Shown here: positions 10,060 through 18,271 of the stretch, one piece after another
How the letters are laid out: each line of letters begins with the position of its first letter
Position numbering within the stretch: position 1 is the stretch's first letter
Assembly (NCBI GenBank): GCA_964577685.1
Contig: CAZNZT010000006.1
Coordinates: 39,320 to 71,319, forward strand
Direction of reading: 5' to 3'
Length of the DNA: 32,000 nucleotides
Source: an uncultured Methanosarcinales archaeon
Lineage (GTDB): Archaea; Nanobdellota; Nanobdellia; Woesearchaeales; JACPBV01
Notes under the pieces: generated by a model
Seen by the model: only the letters and a program-made list of their open reading frames with translations
The model's database searches: none
What the model was told of the DNA's origin: nothing
Translations under genes and position numbers: made by a program

Positions 10060-10752
10060 TTATGCTGCTTTTCTCAGCTCTTCTGGTTTTCTTGGGATAA
10101 TAATCTTTTCTAATGAATATTGTTTTTCTGGTTCCTTATACTCACCAAACTTCTTAATAAATTCATTCTTTGCCCTATACAATATCTTTCTCGCAACTGC
10201 CCTATCAAATTTCGTAGAGCCTGCAACTAACTCAGGTAAAGTCGTGATGTATCCAGGAATAACTGCAAGCCCTTTCTCCAATAAGCTTTCTAAAACAAGT
10301 TTAGGAACCTGTAACAAATCATAACCCTCATGGTTATGATATAAGTAACTAAGCCCTTCAATAACATCAGCAACGCCCATTAACCCAAGCGCCGGGAGAA
10401 TTGTTACAGCATATGCCTCAGGAGAATAATAAACATTAAGCAAATAATGGCTTGCAGCTGCCAGAGCAGAGCCAACAGCTCTTAACGGCCTCCCAAAAAA
10501 TCTTCTAAAGAATCCCTTATTTTCAAAGCTTTCCTTTCCATATTCCTCATATGCATCATCAAGCATTCTTGCTAATTCGCTATAAAGATATTTTGTCCGA
10601 TCATCATCCTTTCTTTTGTCCCCATCAAAGAAATAGCCTCTTAACTCAGGAGACCTTATCAGGCTGTCAAGATAAAGTCTCCTAAACTGCTCCTTACTTC
10701 TGATTGGTTGTATAAATTTTTTTGCATCCCCTATCTTATCATCTATTGCCAT
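10060..10752 (-). CDS. Hypothetical protein (230 aa) with two hydrophobic or Gly/Ala-rich segments
   Basis: A clean ORF whose start overlaps the stop of the upstream CBS gene by 14 nt, which suggests translational coupling. No motif was recognised. Confidence 0.55.
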   Translation of the reverse strand: MAIDDKIGDAKKFIQPIRSKEQFRRLYLDSLIRSPELRGYFFDGDKRKDDDRTKYLYSELARMLDDAYEEYGKESFENKGFFRRFFGRPLRAVGSALAAASHYLLNVYYSPEAYAVTILPALGLMGVADVIEGLSYLYHNHEGYDLLQVPKLVLESLLEKGLAVIPGYITTLPELVAGSTKFDRAVARKILYRAKNEFIKKFGEYKEPEKQYSLEKIIIPRKPEELRKAA

Positions 10753-11134
10753 TTTTTATGCCAGTAATATATCCTATCAATCTATTAAGGGTCAATATAC
10801 CAACAAATCTTTTATTCTCCACCACAGCACATGTTAGCCTCTTTTTTGAAATCATTTCCTTATAAACCCTAACCTCATCTTCGCTAACATCATAGACATC
10901 TATTGGCTCTGACATTATTTCTCTTGCTTTAACCTCATTCGGGTCTTTTCCTTCTGCTACTATCTTATTGTTTATATCTGTTGTAGAGATAATACCAATA
11001 GGCCAATCTTCCTCATTAACCACATATATATGCCTCTGCATAGAATCCCTTAGTTTCCTAGCAACCTCAACACAACTATCATCAGGATTGCACTTAAATG
11101 GTTCCAACAATCTAATTTCCTTTAACATCCTCAC
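10739..11134 (-). CDS. Stand-alone CBS-pair domain protein
   Basis: At 131 aa it has the typical CBS-pair length and pattern (...VVNEEDWPIGIISTTDI... and ...AVVENKRFVGILTLNRL). A GGGGTGAGG SD-like site sits upstream. Confidence 0.8.
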   Translation of the reverse strand: MRMLKEIRLLEPFKCNPDDSCVEVARKLRDSMQRHIYVVNEEDWPIGIISTTDINNKIVAEGKDPNEVKAREIMSEPIDVYDVSEDEVRVYKEMISKKRLTCAVVENKRFVGILTLNRLIGYITGIKNGNR

Positions 11135-11237
11135 CCCTCTCCAAGTCTTCTTAGTAGTGTATCATATTCCCTTCTAAGTTTATAATGTTTTCGTTTTTGA
11201 AAAGCACCTCTAAGGAAAAAGGATTCTATTAAAGCTT

Positions 11238-12563
11238 CTATGCCATACGCTCCCAATGCTTCTGTAATTTTCGTTTTTGACTTGCACCACTATAAAAAAA
11301 ATACCCTATTGAAAACTCTAAACCGCACAATATCAATAGCCCTATAATATACAAGCTCTTAAAATTTCTTACAGCAGCCAAATATTCTGGATCCCTCGGG
11401 TCTACGCCAATCTGCCTCAGCATATTGTCTGACTCAAGAAGCCCATCAGCAATGGCATCAAGCCTCTTTGATATTTCCTCAAGCCTCTCGTATCTTCCTT
11501 TCTCAAGTTCTATTCCAAGCTCTTCTGCTTCAGTAGCTAACCTGAATCTCTTAGCATACAAATCATAAGACCTATTTATTATATCAAAAAGCTCACGCTG
11601 GGACTCAAGATGCCTCTTTGCTTCTTTATTCAAGCTATTTGGTAATTTTCCATATTGTATATAATCAAGTACCTCTTCAGCAAGTCTAACATTTCCCGTG
11701 TTAGATATTATATCCCTAATAAGTATATATGTTTGTTTTTCACCTTCCCCAAGGTCTTTATCTTTAATCCGACTATTAAGATGCTGCACAAGATTAGCTA
11801 ATCCTTGCTCAGCATTTTCCGCTTGGGAATAAGCCCTTATCCTTTCCCTAAGTTCCAGATACTTCTTCTCTGAATCACTAGCATTCTTACCCAAAACACC
11901 CTCAAGCCATGATTCTCCAAATTTTTCAAAGCCCCCATACAATTTACCCCTTATGCCACCTTTACTTTTTTCCTCCTCTATTTTTCTCCTTGCATAACTC
12001 AAATACTCATAAACAATAAAAGTTTTTACCTTAACTGCCCTTCTCCAAAAACTAGAATATTTACCCAATCTCTCTGAAGCACTTACCATCTCCTCAAGCT
12101 TCTTACGCTCTTTGTCATACATATTCCTTAGCTCACTATCAACCTGCACCAGCTCGCTCCTTATACCTCTTAACCTTTTTGCTAATTCACTATCACCCAA
12201 GCTATCAATAGATTCATCTAATTTACCTAAATCCCTTCTTCTCAGCTCCTCCAACTCTTCTTTTGCTCCGTTTACCTCAGAGATATAATCCTTTAGCTTG
12301 CTCGTTTCTTCTAGGAGTTTGTTTATTGACCTACCACTACCAATAAAATAGACGGTTGCTGCTCTCTCAAAGAGACCCTCTCTCCTTAATCTATTATAAT
12401 AAGAAACTCCCTTCCATGATGTTAAGCCAATAGCACCAGCAGTAGCTGCAGCTATTAAAAAAAGTTTTCCTTTGTTGGAATAATATCTGATTTTGTTACA
12501 ACCACTCCTAATCTTGTTATAGCTATTTCCAATCATGCGGAGTAGGCCATGTTTTCTTTCCAT
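11238..12563 (-). CDS. Hypothetical coiled-coil membrane protein with an N-proximal TM and a C-terminal TM (441 aa)
   Basis: The hydrophobic segments LFLIAAATAGAIGLTSW and LYIIGLLILCGLEFSIGYFFY flank about 340 aa of E/K/R/L-rich, coiled-coil-like sequence. Confidence 0.6.
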   Translation of the reverse strand: MERKHGLLRMIGNSYNKIRSGCNKIRYYSNKGKLFLIAAATAGAIGLTSWKGVSYYNRLRREGLFERAATVYFIGSGRSINKLLEETSKLKDYISEVNGAKEELEELRRRDLGKLDESIDSLGDSELAKRLRGIRSELVQVDSELRNMYDKERKKLEEMVSASERLGKYSSFWRRAVKVKTFIVYEYLSYARRKIEEEKSKGGIRGKLYGGFEKFGESWLEGVLGKNASDSEKKYLELRERIRAYSQAENAEQGLANLVQHLNSRIKDKDLGEGEKQTYILIRDIISNTGNVRLAEEVLDYIQYGKLPNSLNKEAKRHLESQRELFDIINRSYDLYAKRFRLATEAEELGIELEKGRYERLEEISKRLDAIADGLLESDNMLRQIGVDPRDPEYLAAVRNFKSLYIIGLLILCGLEFSIGYFFYSGASQKRKLQKHWERMA

Positions 12564-12688
12564 TATTCAAGACAATAGCACAACTACTATTTAAACTTTT
12601 CTATTTTGTTACCACTAAAGAGACATAAAAGATATAAAGAACAACAAATAAGAAAATATTTAAAAAATAAAAGTGGCTACAAAGACAT

Positions 12689-13042
12689 ATGAAAAGAAAA
12701 CTGATAAAAAAGATAAAAGCAAAAAGAGAAGCGAAAAAACTTATCCCAAAGCTATTTGAAAAAGCCAGATTAGCATATAAAAAGGGTAACAAAAAACTTT
12801 ACAAAACATATTCCAAAAAAATAAAATATCTATACATGAAGTACAAAATAAAATTACCAAAAATCCTCAAAAGACAAATCTGCAAACACTGTGATTCTGT
12901 ATTTCTTTATGGCAAGAACTGTAGAGTAAGAACAAGAGAGCATAAACTAATAATCTACTGCCTTGAATGTAAAAGGTTTACCAGAATTCCACTAAAAGCA
13001 AAAAAAAACAATAAAAACCAGAGTAATATTACTACTATCTAA
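12689..13042 (+). CDS. rnp4: RNase P protein component 4 (Rpr2/RPP21 family, archaeal/eukaryal)
   Basis: An N-terminal basic helical region (AKKLIPKLFEKARLAYKKGNKKLYKTYSKKIKYLYMKYKIKLPK) is followed by a zinc ribbon (CKHCDSVFLYGKNCRVRTREHKLIIYCLECKRFTRIP). Confidence 0.85.
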   Translation: MKRKLIKKIKAKREAKKLIPKLFEKARLAYKKGNKKLYKTYSKKIKYLYMKYKIKLPKILKRQICKHCDSVFLYGKNCRVRTREHKLIIYCLECKRFTRIPLKAKKNNKNQSNITTI

Positions 13043-13109
13043 TAGTATCAGAACGAAACATTTATATATAAGATATTTCTAACTCTTTAGTAGAAAAAGG
13101 TGACAAAAA

Positions 13110-13235
13110 ATGAGCTTGCTAGAAAAGCTCTCAGAAAAAGAGGTAAGCTTAATACAAAAAGAAAAGATGAAAAAAATAGAGGAAGAGCTAGAAAAAGCTC
13201 GCTATTATGATAAACTTAGTCCTATGGGTGAATAA
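13110..13235 (+). CDS. Unannotated micro-ORF, 41 aa (MSLLEKLSEKEVSLIQKEKMKKIEEELEKARYYDKLSPMGE)
   Basis: It falls below the ORF-track cutoff. AAGGTGA lies 6-12 nt upstream of the ATG and the TATA-like CATTTATATATAAG lies about 40-50 nt upstream. Its stop is 2 nt before the next ATG. Confidence 0.45.
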   Translation: MSLLEKLSEKEVSLIQKEKMKKIEEELEKARYYDKLSPMGE

Positions 13236-13237
13236 AA

Positions 13238-13375
13238 ATGCACTCATACAACGAAGAAGAAGAATTTGAATTCGACGAAGTTAGAGGAGCATATGGCAAA
13301 AAACCAAAGATGTCTATACTAAACAAAAAGAAGCTAAGCTCATACGAAATGGATGAGCTGTTCTTAGACTTCTGA
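13238..13375 (+). CDS. Unannotated micro-ORF, 45 aa, highly acidic (MHSYNEEEEFEFDEVRGAYGKKPKMSILNKKKLSSYEMDELFLDF)
   Basis: It falls below the ORF-track cutoff. It is packed between the previous micro-ORF and the NlpC/P60 gene with 2-nt gaps on both sides. Confidence 0.45.
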   Translation: MHSYNEEEEFEFDEVRGAYGKKPKMSILNKKKLSSYEMDELFLDF

Positions 13376-13377
13376 AA

Positions 13378-14376
13378 ATGAAAAACCAAAGAATAAGCAG
13401 GAGAAACTTCATAGGTAAAGTGCTAGGAACTATAACAGCTATGGCCCTTGGCCAAACTGTGTTAGCAGATAACACAACTTATGTAGTAAGAACCGGAGAC
13501 ACCTTATATGGCATTGCAAGAAGGCTAAAAAAAGAAAACCCAGAAAGATATGGGCAAATAACATGGGAGGACATTGCAGAAGAAAATAACTTAAAACCAC
13601 CTTACATAATAAAACCTGGACAAAGAATAAGGATTCCTCTCAGAGAAGAAGAGCAGCTAAGCCAACTTGAATCAATAATAGAGATAGAAGGCTTCACAAT
13701 AGAAAACAACAGGGATACAGGGCTGTATGTTAATGGCAGAAGATATAATTACAAGAACAGAAAAGCAAGGGACCTAGCAAAACATATAATCCTAGAAGGA
13801 TTAAGATTATACCATAAATACAAGGACTATCCATATGTATGGGGTGGAGATTCATTCTTACCGATAGAACAACAAAAAAAACACCCTATCTTAAGAAGAT
13901 ATTTTACAACATACCAAGCAGGAAGCAGGCTTAGAGGAAAACTAAAAACAATCCCTGGTGTTGATTGCTCTGGATTAATAAATCTCATATATGATACATG
14001 TGGGATTAACAGACTAGAAGATGGAAGGAGGACTGCATCAATCTACAAAAACAGTCCACACTACACAACAGTCATAAAAGGAAAACCATCAAAAGCGGAA
14101 GTTCTTGAAAAAGCGAAACCTGGAGACCTATTGATACTCGCAAATGGAAGACATGTAGCCTTATACTTAGGGGATGGAAAGATACTAGAATCAAGTGGAT
14201 ACAAGAAACTAGAGAGAAACGAAAAAACTAGGAGATTACTAGAAGAATGGAGAAGATTCGTAAGAAAAGCAGGAGCAAACATTCCAGATGATTACAGGGG
14301 AGGGATGCAAATCAGCGATGTTAACAAATACCTAGGAAGAGGGGTTTATATAAGAAGGCACAAATCACTCCAATAA
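13378..14376 (+). CDS. Tat-signal LysM-domain plus NlpC/P60 cysteine peptidase (cell-wall hydrolase type)
   Basis: Twin-arginine signal SRRNFIGKVLGTITAMALG. LysM domain YVVRTGDTLYGIARRL...IKPGQRIRIP. NlpC/P60 core YVWGGDS...GVDCSGLINLIY with the downstream His in GRHVALYLGDG. Confidence 0.85.
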   Translation: MKNQRISRRNFIGKVLGTITAMALGQTVLADNTTYVVRTGDTLYGIARRLKKENPERYGQITWEDIAEENNLKPPYIIKPGQRIRIPLREEEQLSQLESIIEIEGFTIENNRDTGLYVNGRRYNYKNRKARDLAKHIILEGLRLYHKYKDYPYVWGGDSFLPIEQQKKHPILRRYFTTYQAGSRLRGKLKTIPGVDCSGLINLIYDTCGINRLEDGRRTASIYKNSPHYTTVIKGKPSKAEVLEKAKPGDLLILANGRHVALYLGDGKILESSGYKKLERNEKTRRLLEEWRRFVRKAGANIPDDYRGGMQISDVNKYLGRGVYIRRHKSLQ

Positions 14377-14408
14377 GATTTATAAAGAAAAACTATTTCT
14401 AAAAAATC

Positions 14409-14663
14409 ATGCACAATATATATAACCTAGAGCTAGCCAAAGCGATAAGGGAGATAAAAAAACAAAAGGCAAAACTAGTCTGCATACAATTACCAGATGG
14501 ATTAAAGCCAAAAGCAAAAGAGATTGTTGATAGGATAGAAAATGAAACAAACGCAAAATGTATAATCTGGGCTGGTTCTTGTTTTGGTCCTTGTGATATT
14601 CCTAATTTAAATAAAAAAAACATTGATTTGCTAATCCAGTGGGGACACTCAAAAAATCCATAA
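14409..14663 (+). pseudogene. dph2: Truncated diphthamide synthase Dph2 (N-terminal about 84 aa only)
   Basis: YNLELAKAIREIKKQKAKLVCIQLPDGLKPKAKEIVDRIENETNAKCIIWAGSCFGPCDI...LLIQWGHS resembles the N-terminus of archaeal Dph2 (about 330-340 aa) as I remember it. The ORF stops after GHSKNP, and the next gene starts 12 nt later. Confidence 0.6.
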
Positions 14664-14674
14664 ATCTATAAAAG

Positions 14675-15070
14675 ATGAAAACATATTTTGTTGTAACAGG
14701 AATAGTAAAGCATAAAAATAAATTCTTGATACTAAAAAAATCACCGAAAGATTATAATTATCCGAACAAGTGGAGCTTCTGTTCTGGTTTTGTCAAAGAG
14801 TTTGAAAGTGCAGAAGATTCTGTACTAAGAGAGATAAAAGAAGAAACTGGACTTGAAGCCAAAATAAAAAAAACCGGAAAAATAACAAAAGTCATTGACA
14901 AAAGAAAGAAAATAAGATGGGTTATAGCAGTATATCTTTGCTCAGTAAAAAGAACAGATGTAAAGCTGTGCCATGAGAATACAGACTTTAGATGGATAAA
15001 GAAAAATGAATTCAAAAGGTATGATTTTGTACCAGGTATAACAGGAGATTTCAAAAGATTAGGATTGTAA
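14675..15070 (+). CDS. NUDIX hydrolase
   Basis: Complete Nudix box GFVKEFESAEDSVLREIKEETGL (G-x5-E-x7-REUxEExGU). Confidence 0.88.
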   Translation: MKTYFVVTGIVKHKNKFLILKKSPKDYNYPNKWSFCSGFVKEFESAEDSVLREIKEETGLEAKIKKTGKITKVIDKRKKIRWVIAVYLCSVKRTDVKLCHENTDFRWIKKNEFKRYDFVPGITGDFKRLGL

Positions 15071-15117
15071 AAAAACATAAAAAAATATATAAACAACAAA
15101 ACAAGTTTGTTTGAAAA

Positions 15118-15549
15118 ATGGAAATAATAATCGGCTCTGACCATGCTGGATTTAATCTGAAAGAGAAAATAAAGGCTTTTCTGAACGAAGAAGGCATTAA
15201 AACAAATGACCTAGGAACATTCTCAGAAGAACCAATAGACTATCCATTAATAGCGAAAAAAGTCGCAACAGCAGTAGTAAAGAACAACTCATTAGGAATT
15301 CTGATATGTGGTTCTGGTATAGGAATGTCTATAGCAGCTAACAAAATAAAAGGTGTTAGAGCTGCATTATGTTACGACAAATACACAGCAAAGGTTGCAA
15401 AAGCTCACAATAACGCAAATATTATCTGTCTAGGAGCTAGAACAGAATCAACAAAAAGATTCAAAGAGATAATAAAAACATGGTTAGAAACGAAACCACC
15501 AGAAGAAGAACGCCATAAAAGAAGAATCCAAGAATTGAACGAGCTATGA
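15118..15549 (+). CDS. rpiB: Ribose-5-phosphate isomerase B (RpiB/LacAB family)
   Basis: Motifs are IGSDHAGFNLKE and ICGSGIGMSIAANK..VRAA, at the typical 143-aa length. Confidence 0.9.
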   Translation: MEIIIGSDHAGFNLKEKIKAFLNEEGIKTNDLGTFSEEPIDYPLIAKKVATAVVKNNSLGILICGSGIGMSIAANKIKGVRAALCYDKYTAKVAKAHNNANIICLGARTESTKRFKEIIKTWLETKPPEEERHKRRIQELNEL

Positions 15550-16019
15550 TGAACTTCTTAAATTACAGCATAATATCCATAATCTCCTACTCTGGACTAT
15601 TTCTCGGTTTCCTTTTAGCGATAATAGCCAAAGAAGAGATAAAGCAAGGAGAAAGATATTTCATATTATTAAAAAAAACAATCCTAGCCCTTATATTTAT
15701 CTTCTTATTGATATTAAAAACTAAAGACCATCTAACAACCACCTTAATCCTTGCTTTTGTTATTTTATATATGATAAAAACAAAAAAAGAATTTAATGAA
15801 CTCCCATATATCTATATAATCCTAGGTCTTGTTTTATACACATCATCAAAAAACCTAGAACTTTTAATGATTGAATCATCACTAATATTTATATTAGGGT
15901 TCCCAGTAGGAACACTACTGACAAAAAAAGACAAAAAAAGAACACTAAAGGAGATTATAAAAAACATTGGACTTGTGATTAGTGCGATAATTCCATTTTT
16001 TTTCAAAACAATTTCTTAA
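15546..16019 (+). CDS. Hypothetical polytopic membrane protein (157 aa)
   Basis: It has four to five hydrophobic segments, and its start overlaps the rpiB stop (ATGA). Confidence 0.55.
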   Translation: MMNFLNYSIISIISYSGLFLGFLLAIIAKEEIKQGERYFILLKKTILALIFIFLLILKTKDHLTTTLILAFVILYMIKTKKEFNELPYIYIILGLVLYTSSKNLELLMIESSLIFILGFPVGTLLTKKDKKRTLKEIIKNIGLVISAIIPFFFKTIS

Positions 16020-17058
16020 CCTTGATTGGGCTAACCATAAGCATAGCCAAAAAAAGATAGATATAAGGGTAAGCAGAAAAAGGAACCTTAATAAGATATA
16101 TGAAAGGAACCACAAGACCATTGATAGTTATGGGCATACCAGCATAATCGCCAGTAAACTCCATCACATTATATCTTGCTAATCTCAAAACCCCAGCAAA
16201 TATAAACAAAGCAAACATAATAACAGCAAGCCTTGTTTGTATCAAGCTAAAACCAAATATTGCTGGAGCAACTCCAAAGCTGATGGTATCAGCTAAACTA
16301 TCAAGTTGTTTTCCAAAGTCTCCCTTTCGCCTTATTAATCTCGCTACCTTCCCATCTAAATAATCAAACAACACGGCAATCAATAACATAAAAATTGAGA
16401 GATAATATCTACTATTTATCGAAAAAATAATAGAAAACATTCCAGCCAAGATGTTAAAAAAAGTAAAAAAATCTGGCAATTTTATCAGTTTCAAGAATCT
16501 AATCTCCTCAAACTCACTCCTATACCTAGTAATTCTTACCCCTGACCTAAAAAGCGAAATAACAAAACTCAACCCCACAAGAAGCAAAGATATTGTAATC
16601 AAAACATAATCAAGCCTCTCGAGTAAGACAAAAAACAATGTTAAGAGCTGTACAAAAACAGAAATCCTATCAACAAAATTGGACCTGAAAACTATTTTTG
16701 GCTTTCTTATAAGTATTAACAAAGCACCAATTACTATCAACAAATCTTTAACCAAAAAAACACCTGTAACCCAGAAAGGAAAAAGCCCTTTAAGAGACAA
16801 AGAGATAGCAGTTAAATTAACAAGCAATTTATCAGCAAAGGGATCAAAGATAGAGCGAAACTGACTAACTATTTTGTATTTTTTCGCAATAAATCCATCC
16901 AAGAAGGAAACAATCGCAGTTAACACAAAAAGGTAAAGAGCCAAATTATTTCTTGAACTTAATATTAACAAAAAGACAATAAAGCTAAGGAAGATTCTAA
17001 AAAATATCAAACCAATACCATTACTAACCCTCCTAACAAAATGTCTCGGCTTAATCAT
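16003..17058 (-). CDS. Tandem two-domain CDP-alcohol phosphatidyltransferase: N-terminal PgsA-like domain fused to a C-terminal PssA-like (archaetidylserine synthase-type) domain
   Basis: Two copies of the D-G-x2-A-R-x8-G-x3-D-x3-D motif. The first is DGFIAKKYKIVSQFRSIFDPFAD (variant with R->K and G->R). The second is DGKVARLIRRKGDFGKQLDSLAD (canonical, followed by SFGVAPA). The gene lies directly downstream of psd. Confidence 0.8.
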   Translation of the reverse strand: MIKPRHFVRRVSNGIGLIFFRIFLSFIVFLLILSSRNNLALYLFVLTAIVSFLDGFIAKKYKIVSQFRSIFDPFADKLLVNLTAISLSLKGLFPFWVTGVFLVKDLLIVIGALLILIRKPKIVFRSNFVDRISVFVQLLTLFFVLLERLDYVLITISLLLVGLSFVISLFRSGVRITRYRSEFEEIRFLKLIKLPDFFTFFNILAGMFSIIFSINSRYYLSIFMLLIAVLFDYLDGKVARLIRRKGDFGKQLDSLADTISFGVAPAIFGFSLIQTRLAVIMFALFIFAGVLRLARYNVMEFTGDYAGMPITINGLVVPFIYLIKVPFSAYPYIYLFLAMLMVSPIKVKKLF

Positions 17059-17069
17059 GGTAACTAATA

Positions 17070-17690
17070 TTAATATTCTGCCAATATAGTCTCACCTGCT
17101 CTAACAACATCTCCCTTCTTAACTAATATTTTCACCCTAGAGGGGAGTATCAAACTTACTTGGCTTCCTAATATAATCTTTCCTATCCTCTCACCTTTAT
17201 TAAGCTTCTGTTTCTCTTTAACAAAACACACTATTTTTCTTGCAAAAAAACCTGCTATCTGTATTACCTTTATTTTACCAACCTCTGTTTTCATTAATAT
17301 CTCGTTACACTCATTAAGAAGACTTTTTTTTCTGCTTGCAATAAAGAATTTTCCTTCATTATACTTAACATTTAACACTACACCACTCATTGGAGCCCTG
17401 TTGACATGAACATCAAATGGCCCCATAAAAATAGAAATGATATATCCGTCCTTTGCAACATCTCTAAAAAATACATTAATCCTGCCAAAAAGCCCTTTTC
17501 TTATAGTTCCCTCCTTTCTCTTAATTCGCTTTAACATAATAACCTTCCCATCAGCAGGGGAAACAATATTTCTTCCTTTAGAGATAATCCTCTCTGGATC
17601 CCTTAGAAAAATAAATCTATAAAAAAATAGGAATAAAAAAACAAAAACCAAAAATACGGAAAATAAAACCTCTATAAAAGACATTTTCAT
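17070..17690 (-). CDS. psd: Phosphatidyl/archaetidylserine decarboxylase proenzyme (short archaeal/bacterial Asd type)
   Basis: N-terminal TM, SPADGKV, DVHVNRAP, QIAGFFARKI, and a GS self-cleavage-type site in ILGSQVSL. Confidence 0.82.
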   Translation of the reverse strand: MKMSFIEVLFSVFLVFVFLFLFFYRFIFLRDPERIISKGRNIVSPADGKVIMLKRIKRKEGTIRKGLFGRINVFFRDVAKDGYIISIFMGPFDVHVNRAPMSGVVLNVKYNEGKFFIASRKKSLLNECNEILMKTEVGKIKVIQIAGFFARKIVCFVKEKQKLNKGERIGKIILGSQVSLILPSRVKILVKKGDVVRAGETILAEY

Positions 17691-17729
17691 CTAAGCCTGC
17701 TTCCTAGTTTTTGATTTTAACATTTATTA

Positions 17730-18266
17730 TTACCATTTAGTATCCCTTATCCCAAGATAGTAAGCCAAATGATTAATAAAAATATGTCCAAAAAAACTCA
17801 AAATAACAATCACCAAGACCATTTCAAATGTCAATCTAAAAACAAAAGAAACAAACAGAAGAGCCCCAAAAACAAAATCAAGCTGGTCAAAAGGCCTGAA
17901 GGGTTCTCCTGGTTTTATCCTGATTCTTCTTTTAAAAAAGCTTTCTATAAGGTCTCCTATTACAGCCCCAAATCCCATCAAAAAACCAAAAACAAACCAA
18001 TTTGAATAATCAAAAAAGCTTAGTTTCAAAAAAAATTTAAAGTTAAGTAATACCCTCTGCAGATATGCAATAACAACAGAGAAGATAATGCCAAAAATAA
18101 AACCCCTCCATGTCTTATTTCTACCAAATATCCCCTTGCCAAAAAGCCTCCTGTTCCTGTCAATCGGCACAGCCAGAAAATTAAACCATTTTTTTACTAT
18201 AACTGGAGCCATATTAGCAAAATATGCAGGCATCATAAAATAAAAACACTTGGCTATGAAAAGCAT
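17730..18266 (-). CDS. carS: CDP-archaeol synthase (CarS, DUF46 family)
   Basis: MPAYFANMAPV, GRNKTWRGF, GDLIESFFKRR and FDQLDF closely match the remembered A. fulgidus CarS pattern (GKTWRGF, GDL..SF.KRR, DQL). Confidence 0.85.
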   Translation of the reverse strand: MLFIAKCFYFMMPAYFANMAPVIVKKWFNFLAVPIDRNRRLFGKGIFGRNKTWRGFIFGIIFSVVIAYLQRVLLNFKFFLKLSFFDYSNWFVFGFLMGFGAVIGDLIESFFKRRIRIKPGEPFRPFDQLDFVFGALLFVSFVFRLTFEMVLVIVILSFFGHIFINHLAYYLGIRDTKW

Positions 18267-18271
18267 CTAAA

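Noticed and set aside
12601-12792. A 63-aa minus-strand ORF overlapping the start of the Rpr2 gene and the divergent promoter region.
   Set aside because: The translation is low-complexity and F/L/I-rich, and it overlaps the well-supported Rpr2 gene. It is likely spurious.
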